A stretch of DNA of 64,000 nt from an uncultured Chloroflexia bacterium (GCA_963701135.1 OY969567.1:2689366-2753365), one strand, 5' to 3'; shown: positions 51,098 to 59,952, counted from the stretch's first letter. Program-made: numbers and translations. Notes: generated from the sequence alone by a model not told the origin.

Positions 51098-51146
51098 TCG
51101 CCCGGCCGCGAACACGGCCCGGGCATCCGGACGAAGGAGCAACGGC

Positions 51147-52040
51147 ATGGACCAGGTGATTGACCGGAACACGCGCGCCACGGCAGCCGATGACCTGGCG
51201 CTGCGGGCGATGCATGTCAGCAAATCGTTCGGCGGCGGCATCGACCTGGTGCGGCTGCTGCCGTGGCATCGCGATGGACAGGCGGCCGGGCCGCGGCGCG
51301 TCGTCGACGACGTGTTGTTCGAGATCCGGCGCGGCGAGATCTTCGGCGTCATCGGCGCCAACGGGTCGGGCAAGTCGACGCTGATCCGCATCGTCAGCAC
51401 GCTGCTGCTGCCGGACGGCGGCGACGTGCGCGTCTTCGGCCTCGACGTCGTGCGCGACTCGATGCGGGTACGGTCGCTGATCAACCGCGTGTCGGCCGAC
51501 CCGTCGTTCTTCCGCAACATGACGGCGCTGGAGAATCTGATGTTCTTCGGCCGCGTATACGGGCTGACGCCGCGCGAGGTGAAGCAGCGGACGCCGCAAA
51601 TCCTGGAGCGGCTCGGCTTCGAGTGGGCGCGCGCGCTGGAGCCGATGAGCCACCTGTCGCGCGGGCAGCAGCAGAAGGTGGCGGTCGCGCGCGCGTTCCT
51701 GACGTCGCCCGTGCTGATGCTGCTCGATGAGCCGACGACCGGGCTCGACCCGCGCAGCAAGCGCGACGTGCAGGCGTTCATCCGCGAGGCGCAACGCGAG
51801 CACGACGCGACGATCCTGCTGACGACGCACGACATGGAGGAGGCGGAGCTGCTCTGCGACCGCATCTCCTTCCTGGCAGGCGGGCGGATCGTCGCCGAGG
51901 GCACGCCGCTGGCGCTGCGGCAGATGGTCGCGGGCGGGCGGCCGATCGAGAGCATCACGATGGAGACGGTGTTCATGGAGTTGACCGGCCACCGCGTCGA
52001 GGAAGACGAGGAGCCGGCGGAGGTGACGGCGTATGGCTAA
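51147..52040 (+). CDS. ABC transporter ATP-binding protein (DrrA-like)
   Basis: This is an intact 297-aa ORF with AAGGAG upstream. Motifs are Walker A GANGSGKST, signature LSRGQQQKV and Walker B LLDEPTTGLD. Confidence 0.9.
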   Translation: MDQVIDRNTRATAADDLALRAMHVSKSFGGGIDLVRLLPWHRDGQAAGPRRVVDDVLFEIRRGEIFGVIGANGSGKSTLIRIVSTLLLPDGGDVRVFGLDVVRDSMRVRSLINRVSADPSFFRNMTALENLMFFGRVYGLTPREVKQRTPQILERLGFEWARALEPMSHLSRGQQQKVAVARAFLTSPVLMLLDEPTTGLDPRSKRDVQAFIREAQREHDATILLTTHDMEEAELLCDRISFLAGGRIVAEGTPLALRQMVAGGRPIESITMETVFMELTGHRVEEDEEPAEVTAYG

Positions 52041-52887
52041 CATGGCAAGGCCGCTGAAGTTACCCGCGACCGCCGGCCGGACAGCGCTGGCGTGGGCGTT
52101 CATCGAGCGGCAGACCAACCTGTGGAAGCGCTACTGGGCGTGGGAGCTGGTGTGGCTCGTGTACGGCGCCGTGAACACGCTCGCGGTCACGTTCATCGCC
52201 AACCAGGTGGGCGAATCGGGGATCGTCGACAAGGCCGACATCCAGAAGCTGGTGCTGTTCCTGCTGATCGGCACGCTCGTCTGGGCGTACCTGTCGGCTG
52301 TGCTCGACGACATCAGCCTGGTGATCTCGTGGGAGCGCTGGGAAGGGACGATCGAGCACACGTTGATGGCGCCGGTGGAGCGATGGCTGCACCTGGCGGG
52401 CATGGTGCTGTTCGGGATCATGCACGCGGTGCTGCGGACGCTGCTCATCTTCGCGATCGCCGCGCCGTTCTTCAGCATCGACCTCGGCAGCGCCGACTGG
52501 CCGGCCGCCGCGATGGTGCTGCTCGTCGGCAGCTTCAGCGTCGCCGGACTCGCGATCTTCGCCGGCATCTTGCCGATGCTCTACCCGGAGCGCGGGCAGC
52601 AGATGTCGATGATGATCCAGGCGTTCGTGCTGCTCGTCTCCGGCGTGTACTACCAGGTCGAAGTGCTGCCCGCGTGGCTGCGCGCGTTCTCGTACGTCTC
52701 GCCGGCGACGTACATCCTCGACGGCATCCGCGGCGCGATCATCGATGGCAAGAGCGTGATCGACGTGTGGGAGCAGCTCGCGGCGCTTGTGGCGTTCGGC
52801 GTCACGCTGATCCCGGGCGGCATGGTGGTGTTCGGGATCGCGGAGCGCTGGGCGAAGAAGACGGGCCGGCTGAAGCGTCAGGGGTGA
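52033..52887 (+). CDS. ABC-2 type transporter permease
   Basis: This is an intact 284-aa ORF that overlaps the ATPase gene by 8 nt. It has six hydrophobic segments. Confidence 0.8.
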   Translation: MANMARPLKLPATAGRTALAWAFIERQTNLWKRYWAWELVWLVYGAVNTLAVTFIANQVGESGIVDKADIQKLVLFLLIGTLVWAYLSAVLDDISLVISWERWEGTIEHTLMAPVERWLHLAGMVLFGIMHAVLRTLLIFAIAAPFFSIDLGSADWPAAAMVLLVGSFSVAGLAIFAGILPMLYPERGQQMSMMIQAFVLLVSGVYYQVEVLPAWLRAFSYVSPATYILDGIRGAIIDGKSVIDVWEQLAALVAFGVTLIPGGMVVFGIAERWAKKTGRLKRQG

Positions 52888-52889
52888 CG

Positions 52890-52925
52890 GGGGAGGTTGT
52901 AGGTGGTGGGTTGTAGGTTGTAGGG
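52890..52925. repeat. Heptamer array (GGTTGTA/GGTGGTA)
   Basis: gggggaggttgtaggtggtgggttgtaggttgtagggg is repeated in diverged form at 53195-53225. Confidence 0.8.
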
Positions 52926-52957
52926 GACGCCGGCTCGCTTTCCGGCGGTGGTAGACT

Positions 52958-53158
52958 GTGGGCGCTATGGCGATACGCAAACCGGCGAAACGGACTGCCG
53001 CGACGAAGGCGAGACGCTCGACGAAGCGGGCGGCGTCCATATGGGACAAAGTCATCGAGATGGGCGCACGCATACCTGACGCAGAGTTGGGACGGCTGCC
53101 ACGCGACGGCGCGCAGCAGGTCGACCATTACCTGTACGGCACTCCGAAACAAGACTGA
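52958..53158 (+). CDS. Small antitoxin-like protein (paralogue of 53256-53459), now without an intact toxin
   Basis: It is 66 aa. The likely start is ATG 52967 (MAIRKPAKR). It shares MAIRKPAKR, LPRD and DHY with the downstream copy. Confidence 0.5.
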   Translation: MGAMAIRKPAKRTAATKARRSTKRAASIWDKVIEMGARIPDAELGRLPRDGAQQVDHYLYGTPKQD

Positions 53159-53194
53159 GTGCGCAAGGTCTTCGCGGACACTGCCCAGGGGTGA
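53159..53194 (+). pseudogene. 11-codon remnant of a PIN-domain (vapC-like) gene
   Basis: GTGCGCAAGGTCTTCGCGGACACTGCC parallels the start of the intact gene (TTGCGAGAGGTCTTCGCCGACACTGCC). It then reads CAGGGGTGA. Confidence 0.6.
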
Positions 53195-53255
53195 CGGGAG
53201 GTGGTAGGTGGTAGGTTGTAGGGGGCGGCGGCTCGCTTTCCGCCAGTGTTAGACT

Positions 53256-53459
53256 GTGGATGCCATGGCGATACGAAAACCGGCGAAACGCAAGCCCGCT
53301 ACAGCGGCCGCCACGCGGCGGCCCAAGCGCGGGTCGAGTATCTTCGAGCGGCTCGCTGAGATCGGCCGCAGCGTGCCCGCCGAAGAGTGGGACAGACTGC
53401 CGCGCGACCTTTCGAAGAACTTCGATCACTACGCCCACGGCTCACCGCGGGAGTCGTAG
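53256..53459 (+). CDS. Antitoxin-like protein upstream of the PIN toxin
   Basis: It is 67 aa. The likely start is ATG 53265. Its stop lies directly before the PIN gene start (TAGTTG). Confidence 0.55.
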   Translation: MDAMAIRKPAKRKPATAAATRRPKRGSSIFERLAEIGRSVPAEEWDRLPRDLSKNFDHYAHGSPRES

Positions 53460-53891
53460 TTGCGAGAGGTCTTCGCCGACACTGCCTACCACGTGGCGGT
53501 CATCGACACACGAGACCAACATCACGAGATCGCTGTCGCGATCGGCGAGTCACTTCGTCGCGAAGGCGCCGCATTCGTAACGACGGCTGCGGTGCTTGTC
53601 GAATTCCTCACCTTCCTGTCAGCGCACGGAGAGCGCATCCGGATTGCGGCCACCCGGTACGTTGACACGATACGGGCCGAACGATCGTTCACGGTGCTGC
53701 CTCAAACCCCGGAAATGTTCGACGCGGCCCTCGATCTCTACCGGATGCGGCCTGACAAGACGTACAGCATGACGGACTGCATTTCGATGGTCGTTTGCGG
53801 TGGACGAGGCATCTCAGACGTACTCACGTATGACCACGACTTCGAGCAGGAAGGTTTTCGCGCCCTGCTGAGAAGTGACGCGGGCGCATAG
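53460..53891 (+). CDS. vapC: PIN-domain ribonuclease toxin (VapC-like)
   Basis: This 143-aa ORF has a TTG start. It has an N-terminal acidic residue context (FADTAYHVAVID) and a C-terminal TYDHDFEQ, typical of PIN domains. Confidence 0.7.
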   Translation: MREVFADTAYHVAVIDTRDQHHEIAVAIGESLRREGAAFVTTAAVLVEFLTFLSAHGERIRIAATRYVDTIRAERSFTVLPQTPEMFDAALDLYRMRPDKTYSMTDCISMVVCGGRGISDVLTYDHDFEQEGFRALLRSDAGA

Positions 53892-53920
53892 GCTGCCGCA
53901 CCGACTGCCGCCGGTGACCC

Positions 53921-54388
53921 TCACCGCCTGCGGCGTCTCGGCGGCGGTGCGGCGCGCGTAGGCGCCATCTCGCCCGGCGGCGTGTTGCGGAGGACGGCGG
54001 CCGCGGGTACGGCGCCGATCGCGGCGCCGGCGACGTTGGCCGTCCAGTCGCGGGCCGACGGGTCGCGGCCGGGCACAAAGCGCTGGTGGACTTCGTCGGT
54101 GGCGCCGTAGAGCGCGGCGGCGGCGACCGCCGCCGCCACGGCAATCGCCGCGCGCGCGGCCGCGCCTCGCCGGCCGGCGTAGCGCAGGCCGATGCCGGCG
54201 AGCAGGACGCCGAGCACCGCGTACTCCCCGAAGTGCGCGACCTTGTCGAAGGGGATGGGGTCCGGCGTCGCCGGCGCGATCTCGTTCGGGATGGACGAGA
54301 GCGCGAAGATGACGGCCATCCATGCGAGCAGGACAGGCCATCGCGACAGGCGGCGGGCGAGCGTCGTGAGGTCCGGCAACGGCTGCAT
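53921..54388 (-). CDS. VanZ family membrane protein
   Basis: The ORF is 53921-54415, with a probable start at MQPLPDL (54388). Motifs are FALSSIP, DKVAHFGEY and TDEVHQRFVPGRDPS. Confidence 0.7.
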   Translation of the reverse strand: MQPLPDLTTLARRLSRWPVLLAWMAVIFALSSIPNEIAPATPDPIPFDKVAHFGEYAVLGVLLAGIGLRYAGRRGAAARAAIAVAAAVAAAALYGATDEVHQRFVPGRDPSARDWTANVAGAAIGAVPAAAVLRNTPPGEMAPTRAAPPPRRRRR

Positions 54389-54448
54389 CTCAGCACGGAC
54401 GAAGGCCGGCGGCAACCGCCAGGGCGCCGATGTTGCACTTTTTAGATA

Positions 54449-54476
54449 TTGACAAGCATACCGGCGGGTGTATAAT
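54449..54476 (+). promoter_or_regulatory. Consensus sigma70 promoter with no downstream plus-strand gene
   Basis: TTGACA (54449-54454) is followed by a 16-nt spacer and TATAAT (54471-54476), with an AT-rich tract upstream. Confidence 0.55.
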
Positions 54477-54724
54477 CGGCCTTCTCACCGCAGGCGGCGA
54501 ACTTCACCCCTGCGGACGCCTTTGTCCGACGCCCGCGTACGGTGCACACCGCCCCGGCGTATGGTCAGGATTACCTTTCCCGCAAGGACTGCGGGATATC
54601 CGGGCTGGAGGCGGCGAAGGACAGCGAGTTTCTCAGGGGCCACCAGAACCTCTCCACCACCGCTGTCCCTCACGCCTCCAGCCGCCCCACTTCGAACCGG
54701 CTCCCCCGCGTCACCCACCCGGCG

Positions 54725-56081
54725 TCAGCCGGGCGGCGTCGCGCTGCTCCGCGAGCCAGCGGCGAAACTCCGCCTCCGGGTCCTCGACGCCCAGCTCGTC
54801 GGCCGCGCGGCGGCGGCTGTGGATGCCCGACGCCACCAGCGCGCGCTCGTCCTCGACGAGCCGGCTGCGGTCGAGCGGCAGCACGCTGCCCCCAGACGAT
54901 GCGCGAGCGGTACGGCGCGTAGCTCACCGCCGGCTGCGCGTACTGCTCCAGCAGGCGCAGGATCATCTCGTTGCGGCGCCGGTACGCGGCCGCGCGGATC
55001 AGCCGCTTGCGCTGCACCTTCTTCAGCAGCGGGTCCAGCTCGATGTTGAGCGCGACGCCCGAGAGGCCCGGCGCGGTTCTCGCCGAAGGCCGTGCGCGGC
55101 GACTCGCCGAGGTCGTGCAGCGTGCGGTAGATCAGGTCGACGTAGTCGGCGTGCAGCTTGACGCCGCCGCCCTGCAGCAGGTCGAGCAGGTAGGCGCGCG
55201 CCCGCTCCGGCAGCTCCCACACCGCGCCCGGCTGCACGGCGATGTCCGGCGACTCGGTGACGTTCTCCAGCACGGCGATCGGGTTGCCGCGACAGCTCCA
55301 GGATCATCGAGAGCTGCGAGAGCGCGCGGTTCAGCTCGCGCACCGGCTCCTTGATCACCGGCATGTCGCGACACGCCCCAGAACTGCTTCGGCTCGCGCA
55401 GGTTCGGGTAGATGACGAACGGGATGAAGCCGTACGGGTTCGCGCGCTGCCTCGATGCAGCGCGCCGTCGGCCCACAGCTCGAACTCGCGCGCCGTCCAC
55501 ACCTCGACGATCTCGACGCCGGGCTGCTTCGCGCCGGCGCGCGAGGCGCGCGCCCTTCGGCTGGGCGACGCCGTACATCGCCTTCGCCGCGTCGGCATCG
55601 ATGCGTGTAGCGGCTGGCGACGCGCCAGATGCGCGACACGTCGTCGCCCAGCCACCAGGCGAACAGCCCCTGCACGTCCGGCGCCGACACGCGCACGCGC
55701 CGCTCCGTCGGCGTCCCACGTCACCTTGTACGCGCCGTCGCCGAGCACCGCCGCGTCGATCTCGGTGTCGAAGTCGAGCTGGGCGAGGTGGTTCGCGTCG
55801 TACACCTCGCGCAGCGCGCGTTCGGCGGCGCGGGCGCGCTCCGCCGCCTCCGGCGTGTCGTCGCGGCGTCGACGGCGAAGTTGAGGCCGGACATCAGGTA
55901 CGACGCCGTCTTGTCGACGATCGCCTTCGCGTAGTTGAAGACGAGGCGGCGGTTCTTCTGGCGCAGCGTCGATGCCGGGCCACTGGTCGCCGCCGTAGAA
56001 CGCCAGGTTCTCGGCGTAGCGGCGCAGGCGGTCGGCATCCATCTGGCGGATCTGCTGCGGGATGGTCATGGCGTCGCTCAT
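54725..56081 (-). pseudogene. Phage portal protein (SPP1 Gp6-like), at least 6 frameshifts
   Basis: It starts at ATG 56081, preceded by GGAGG (MSDAMTIPQQIRQMDADRLRRYAENLAFYGGDQW). NRRLVFNYAKAIVDKTASYLM, NPYGFIPFVIYPN, PVIKEPVRELNRALSQLS and VLENVTESPDIAVQPGAVWELP lie in different frames. It ends EQRDAARL* at 54725. Confidence 0.65.
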
Positions 56082-56109
56082 CGTGTGCCTCCATTGAATA
56101 CGGCGGGCG

Positions 56110-56447
56110 TCATCGTGTGTCGCGCAGGATGCGGAAGATGCTGCGGCGCGAGAGGCCGTAGGTGCCGGCGAGCATGTCGACCGGCACGCCGTGGCGGTGC
56201 CGCAGCGTGACGATCTCGCGGTCGCGCGCCAGGACCGCCGGACGGCGCGCGGCTCGTCGTACCGGCAGCGCCGCAGCGGGCAGCGCAGGCAGCTCGGGGC
56301 GAGGTCGCAGCCGGTATCGCGATAGTCGGCGTGCTCCGGCAGCGCGTCGCGGCGTACGCGCGGCAGCACGCCGCCCGCGATGAGCCGCAGCCGCGTCCTC
56401 CGCACCGGCTTCGCTCCAAGGTCGTGTCGCAGTGCCACCATCGTCAT
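56110..56447 (-). pseudogene. Small HTH protein in the packaging module, one frameshift
   Basis: The N-terminus lies in ORF 55023-56447 (MTMVALRHDLGAK). The C-terminus lies in ORF 56110-56451 (REIVTLRHRHGVPVDMLAGTYGLSRRSIFRILRDTR), which resembles sigma70 region 4 or a terminase small subunit. Confidence 0.45.
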
Positions 56448-56473
56448 CCACCTCCCGTCCCGCCGCGATCGCT

Positions 56474-57899
56474 TACGCGCGCACGCGGCCGGTCGCCACG
56501 CGCCGCTTCTGTCCGAGCGACGCGCGCACGAGCAGCGCGGCGCTCATCAGGTAGTCGTCGTGGCCGTCCGCCGGCTCGACGAAGAAGTTCATCGTGCGGT
56601 TCGCGCGATAAGCCACGCGCGCGAGCTCCGGCCTGCCGCCAGAACTCGCGATGCTCCGGCGAGCCGTCGCCGCGATACGCCTTCAGACGGCCGCCGTTGA
56701 CCGCCGCGAGCAGCGCGAAGCCGAGCCGCGACTTGCTTTCGGCCGTGAACTTCACGCGTTCGACGCGCGTCTCGCCGAGCGCGGCCGCGAGCAGCGCCGC
56801 CATCGTCTCGCCGAGGCCGCGTGGCGTCGACGGCGACGCGCTGGACGCGCCAGACGTTGCGCAGCAGGTCGAGCAGACGCGGCAGCAGCGTCTCGTGCGG
56901 CTCGCCGGTCCAGGCGTAGTGCTCGACGATCTCGACGAGCGGCTCGGCCACGAGCGCATCCGCGGCGGGATAGACGAGGCGGCCGATTGTGAGCACCGTG
57001 GCGTCGCGGCCGCCGGTTCGCGCGTCGTGCGCGTCTTCGCTCTCGCCGCCGGCGAGGTCGAGGCCGGCGACGTACGCCTCGCCGGGCGCGGGCTGCGACC
57101 GGCGCTCGTGCGCGCCGGCGAGCTGCGCGCGCTGCGACGCCGTCAGCAGACGGCCGCCGCCGGACACCGGCTTCAGGCAGTACTGCGTGAGGAACAGCGG
57201 GTGCGTCTCGCCCAGGCGCTCGCGCTCCGCCTCGACGAAGCGCCCGTACGCGGGGTTCCAGCGCGCGACGGTCTGCCAGTCGTACTCGAAGTGGCGGCGC
57301 ACGCCGTCGCGGCGCTCCGCCTCCAGGTGCGCCTGCTTCGCGCGCTCGAGCAGCGTCGAGTCGTCCCAGGCGGTGCCGTAGAAGACGGTCGTCGTGTTGC
57401 CCGTCGCGGCCATCGGCCGGAACTCGCGGTCGAACTTGTCGATGTCGACGTCCTGCGCCTCGTCGACCTCGAGCAGCAGGCCGGCGGTGTGGCCGACGAC
57501 GTTCGCGTTCGGCTCCGCCGACAGGAAGACGACGCGCGCCCGGCCGAGGCGGACGATGTTGCCGCGCATCGCCGCGACGTTGGCGAGCCGCGCCTGCGCG
57601 ATGCGCGCCCAGAGCCGCCGCATGCTGACCTGGAGCTGCGGGCGGAACGTCGGCGCGCACTTGATCGCGTCGACCTCGCGGCCGGCGGCGAGCGCCAGCA
57701 GCAGCAGCTCGACCTGCGCCGACAGCTCGTTCTTGCCGCCCTGGCGCGCGATCTCGATGCTGATCGTGCGGCCGAGGCGGCCGCGCACCGACTCGATGAC
57801 GGCGCGGCCGGCCTCGCGCTGGTACGGGCGCAGGACCGGCATGGCGCCGGCCGCCGGGGCATCGATGGGTGCGTCGCTCGTCATTGTCTCTCTCATCAC
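56474..57899 (-). pseudogene. Phage terminase large subunit, frameshifted near the 3' end
   Basis: ORF 56589-57899 has the Walker A-like ARQGGKNE and the Walker B-like LLLEVDEAQD. The C-terminal nuclease part continues in ORF 56444-56959 and a third frame that ends at TAA 56474. Confidence 0.7.
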
Positions 57900-57905
57900 T
57901 CGCGC

Positions 57906-58163
57906 TCAGCCGAACAGGCGCAGCACGACCTGCGTCACCACCGCGCCCGCGACGACGAACAGCAGCCCGTTGACGCGTGCCCGCATTTCGCCGACGTCGC
58001 GTTCGAGCGCGCGGAGGCGCTCGGCGACGATGTTGCGGAAGGCGGGCGCGCTCATCGATTCCAGCGGCTCGGGTTGCGTGCGGCGGGCCGCGTCGCGCCG
58101 CCGCACGAGGCCGCGGATCGCGCGCTCCAGCTCGCCCGCGCGCCGCGGCCGCCGCTCAGACAT
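57906..58163 (-). CDS. Small coiled-coil protein with a C-terminal TM helix (XhlA-like architecture)
   Basis: It starts at ATG 58163 (MSERRPRRAGELERAIRG) and ends in the hydrophobic stretch LLFVVAGAVVTQVVLRLFG. Confidence 0.35.
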   Translation of the reverse strand: MSERRPRRAGELERAIRGLVRRRDAARRTQPEPLESMSAPAFRNIVAERLRALERDVGEMRARVNGLLFVVAGAVVTQVVLRLFG

Positions 58164-58479
58164 CGCCGTCCTCCCCGGGGAAGAGCTGCACGCCGACGCC
58201 GCGCACCACATCGACCACCGCGTCCATCAGGTCGTCCTTGCTCTTCGCGCCGATGCGGTAGCGGGTGCCGGCGGCGCGGACGATCATCTGCATGCCCTTG
58301 AGCATCAGCTCGAAGTCGTCCGGCCGCTCCTTGAGCAACGCCCTCAGGTGCACGCGGAGCGCGGCCAGCTCCTCGTCGACGCCCTCGACCTCGAGCGCGG
58401 CCATCAGCTCCGCTTCATCGAGCACGGAGGCGTAGAAATTGGTCGGCACTTTTCGGTGATCAGCGTTGCGGCGGGGCAT
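58156..58479 (-). CDS. Hypothetical protein in the packaging module
   Basis: This is an intact 107-aa ORF. It overlaps both neighbours by a few nt. Confidence 0.4.
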   Translation of the reverse strand: MPRRNADHRKVPTNFYASVLDEAELMAALEVEGVDEELAALRVHLRALLKERPDDFELMLKGMQMIVRAAGTRYRIGAKSKDDLMDAVVDVVRGVGVQLFPGEDGDV

Positions 58480-58636
58480 CGCCAGCCTCCGTGTCCGAGA
58501 GCATCGCGAGCACGTCGTCGATCGTGCCGGGCGGGGCCTTGCGGGCGGCCGCGGCGACGCCGAGCAGCAGGAGCAGCGCGACGCGCTCCCACTCGTTGCG
58601 GCGCACCGAGACGGCGATCGTCCGTGATTGCGTCAT
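58460..58636 (-). CDS. Small hypothetical protein
   Basis: It is 58 aa from ATG 58636 (MTQSRTIAVSVRRNEWERV). It overlaps its neighbours. Support is weak. Confidence 0.3.
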   Translation of the reverse strand: MTQSRTIAVSVRRNEWERVALLLLLGVAAAARKAPPGTIDDVLAMLSDTEAGDAPPQR

Positions 58637-59025
58637 CGCACCCTCCTGAGGATCAGCGCCGAGAGCAGCAGCGTGCCGGCGAGCAGCGGCAGCCGGGCGG
58701 CGAGCCACGACCCGGGCGCGAAGAACGGCTCGACGGGCAGGCCGAAGCGGTGCGCGGAGAACATCGCCTGCGCGAACGTCGCCTGGACGGCGATGCCGGC
58801 GTTGACGAGCGCAAGCGTGACGGCGGCGAGGCGGCGCACCGGCGCGGGGCGATGCAGCCAGTGCGCGGCGAGCCACGCCGTGTTGAAGCCGGCGGCGGCC
58901 GCGGTCGCGCCATCGGCGAAGAAGATGAGTGCGGGTGCGGCGTCCACGTTGGGGGAGCCTTTCGCTTGCGGCTGGGGGCCTGTGGCGGATGCGAGCAGAG
59001 TAGAACATCTGTTCGCTTTTCGCAA
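58633..59025 (-). CDS. Small polytopic membrane protein
   Basis: This is a 130-aa ORF with an uncertain start. It has three or four hydrophobic segments and is the first gene of the co-oriented run. Confidence 0.35.
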   Translation of the reverse strand: MRKANRCSTLLASATGPQPQAKGSPNVDAAPALIFFADGATAAAAGFNTAWLAAHWLHRPAPVRRLAAVTLALVNAGIAVQATFAQAMFSAHRFGLPVEPFFAPGSWLAARLPLLAGTLLLSALILRRVR

Positions 59026-59099
59026 GTGTGGGATGTCACTGACGGGTCAGACTCTCTCTGGCCTTGGATGATGATATTGCATGTGATATCATCTGATTC

Positions 59100-59344
59100 A
59101 TGGGGAAGGATCTCCGTGACCAGATTGCCGCCCTCCGCCGACGCGCGGCCAACGTCAAGCCGGCGGAGATTGAGGGCCAGCGTTGGACGCGGGGTTCGTG
59201 CATCAAGGAACTACAGGGAGCCACGCCGTTTACGCAAAAGGCGGGTATCCGCCAAATCTTTCCATCAAGTTGCACGACCTGGGGAAGGGACTGGTGTTCA
59301 AGTATCTAAAGCTGATCGAAGACTCGCTGTGGGAGGAACAGTAA
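59100..59344 (+). pseudogene. hicA: HicA-like toxin, one frameshift at a G run
   Basis: Frame 1 reads MGKDLRDQIAALRRRAANVKPAEIEGQRWTRG. After GGGG (59191-59194) the plausible continuation FVHQGTTGSHAVYAKGGYPPNLSIKLHDLGKGLVFKYLKLIEDSLWEEQ* lies in the +2 frame. Confidence 0.45.
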
Positions 59345-59824
59345 TGAGCACAGAGCTCGACTAGACGGCGTGAGACCAACGTTTCCGTCGAGGCCTATCT
59401 GGAGGCTCCGTACGTTCGGATGCTGGTGCCGGATGCCGAAGACGGCACGTTCATCGCCGAGGTTCTGGAACTTCCCGGTTGTCTCAGCTCGGGACGAAGC
59501 CCTGCTGAGGCATACGAGAATCTTCAAGATGCCATGAAGGGCTGGATCGCGGCGTCACGCAAGAACAACAAGCCGATTCCCGAGCCCGTGGGAGACAGGG
59601 AATTTAGCGGCCATTTCGCGCTGAGAATGGCGCCCAGCCTTCATCGAGCAGCGGCCCTTCGTTCGGCGTACGAAGGAGTGAGCGTTAACCAGTGGATCAT
59701 CGGCGCGATAGTCGCCCAAGTCACTCGACAGGACTTGGCCGATCAAGTCGCTGACAAGGTCGCTGCGAGGCTGAATCCGAGTGGTGAAGCACCTGGTGAG
59801 CAGCGGTTACGGTCATCGCGCTAA
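59344..59824 (+). pseudogene. hicB: HicB family antitoxin, frameshift in the first codons
   Basis: ORF 59420-59824 (GTFIAEVLELPGCLSSGRSPAEAYENLQDAMKGWI, with a C-terminal RHH-like part) is open upstream to 59348. The only start is ATG 59344 (TAATG overlap), in another frame. Confidence 0.6.
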
Positions 59825-59913
59825 GCGCAGCGCCAGCCGTTCGCCCAGGCGCCGCGCGAGCGCAAGCAAGAGGGCGAGCAAGCGGGACTCGAACTGTAAG
59901 CGCATGCTGCATC

Positions 59914-59933
59914 GCGCGGGCTGAAAAGCCCGC
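59914..59933. repeat. REP-type hairpin (GCGCGGGCTGAAAAGCCCGC)
   Basis: It uses the same motif as at 27359, 46079 and in each 138-bp repeat unit. Confidence 0.6.
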
Positions 59934-59952
59934 TCTACGGTGGAGTGAGCGG

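Noticed and set aside
54483-54724. tmRNA, RNase P RNA or SRP RNA identity for the structured region after the consensus promoter.
   Set aside because: I compared both strands by eye with the conserved cores I remember: the tmRNA 5' GGGGCUGA and 3' T-arm/CCA end, the RNase P GGAAAGUCCGGGC, and the SRP GUCAGGUCCGGAAGGAAGCAGC. None is present.
41197-59025. A single intact prophage spanning the structural run and the packaging module.
   Set aside because: The two modules are separated by 9.5 kb of housekeeping genes (epimerase, fabF, folC, ABC exporter). No capsid, protease, tail tube, lysis or integrase genes were recognised. The portal is heavily disrupted.
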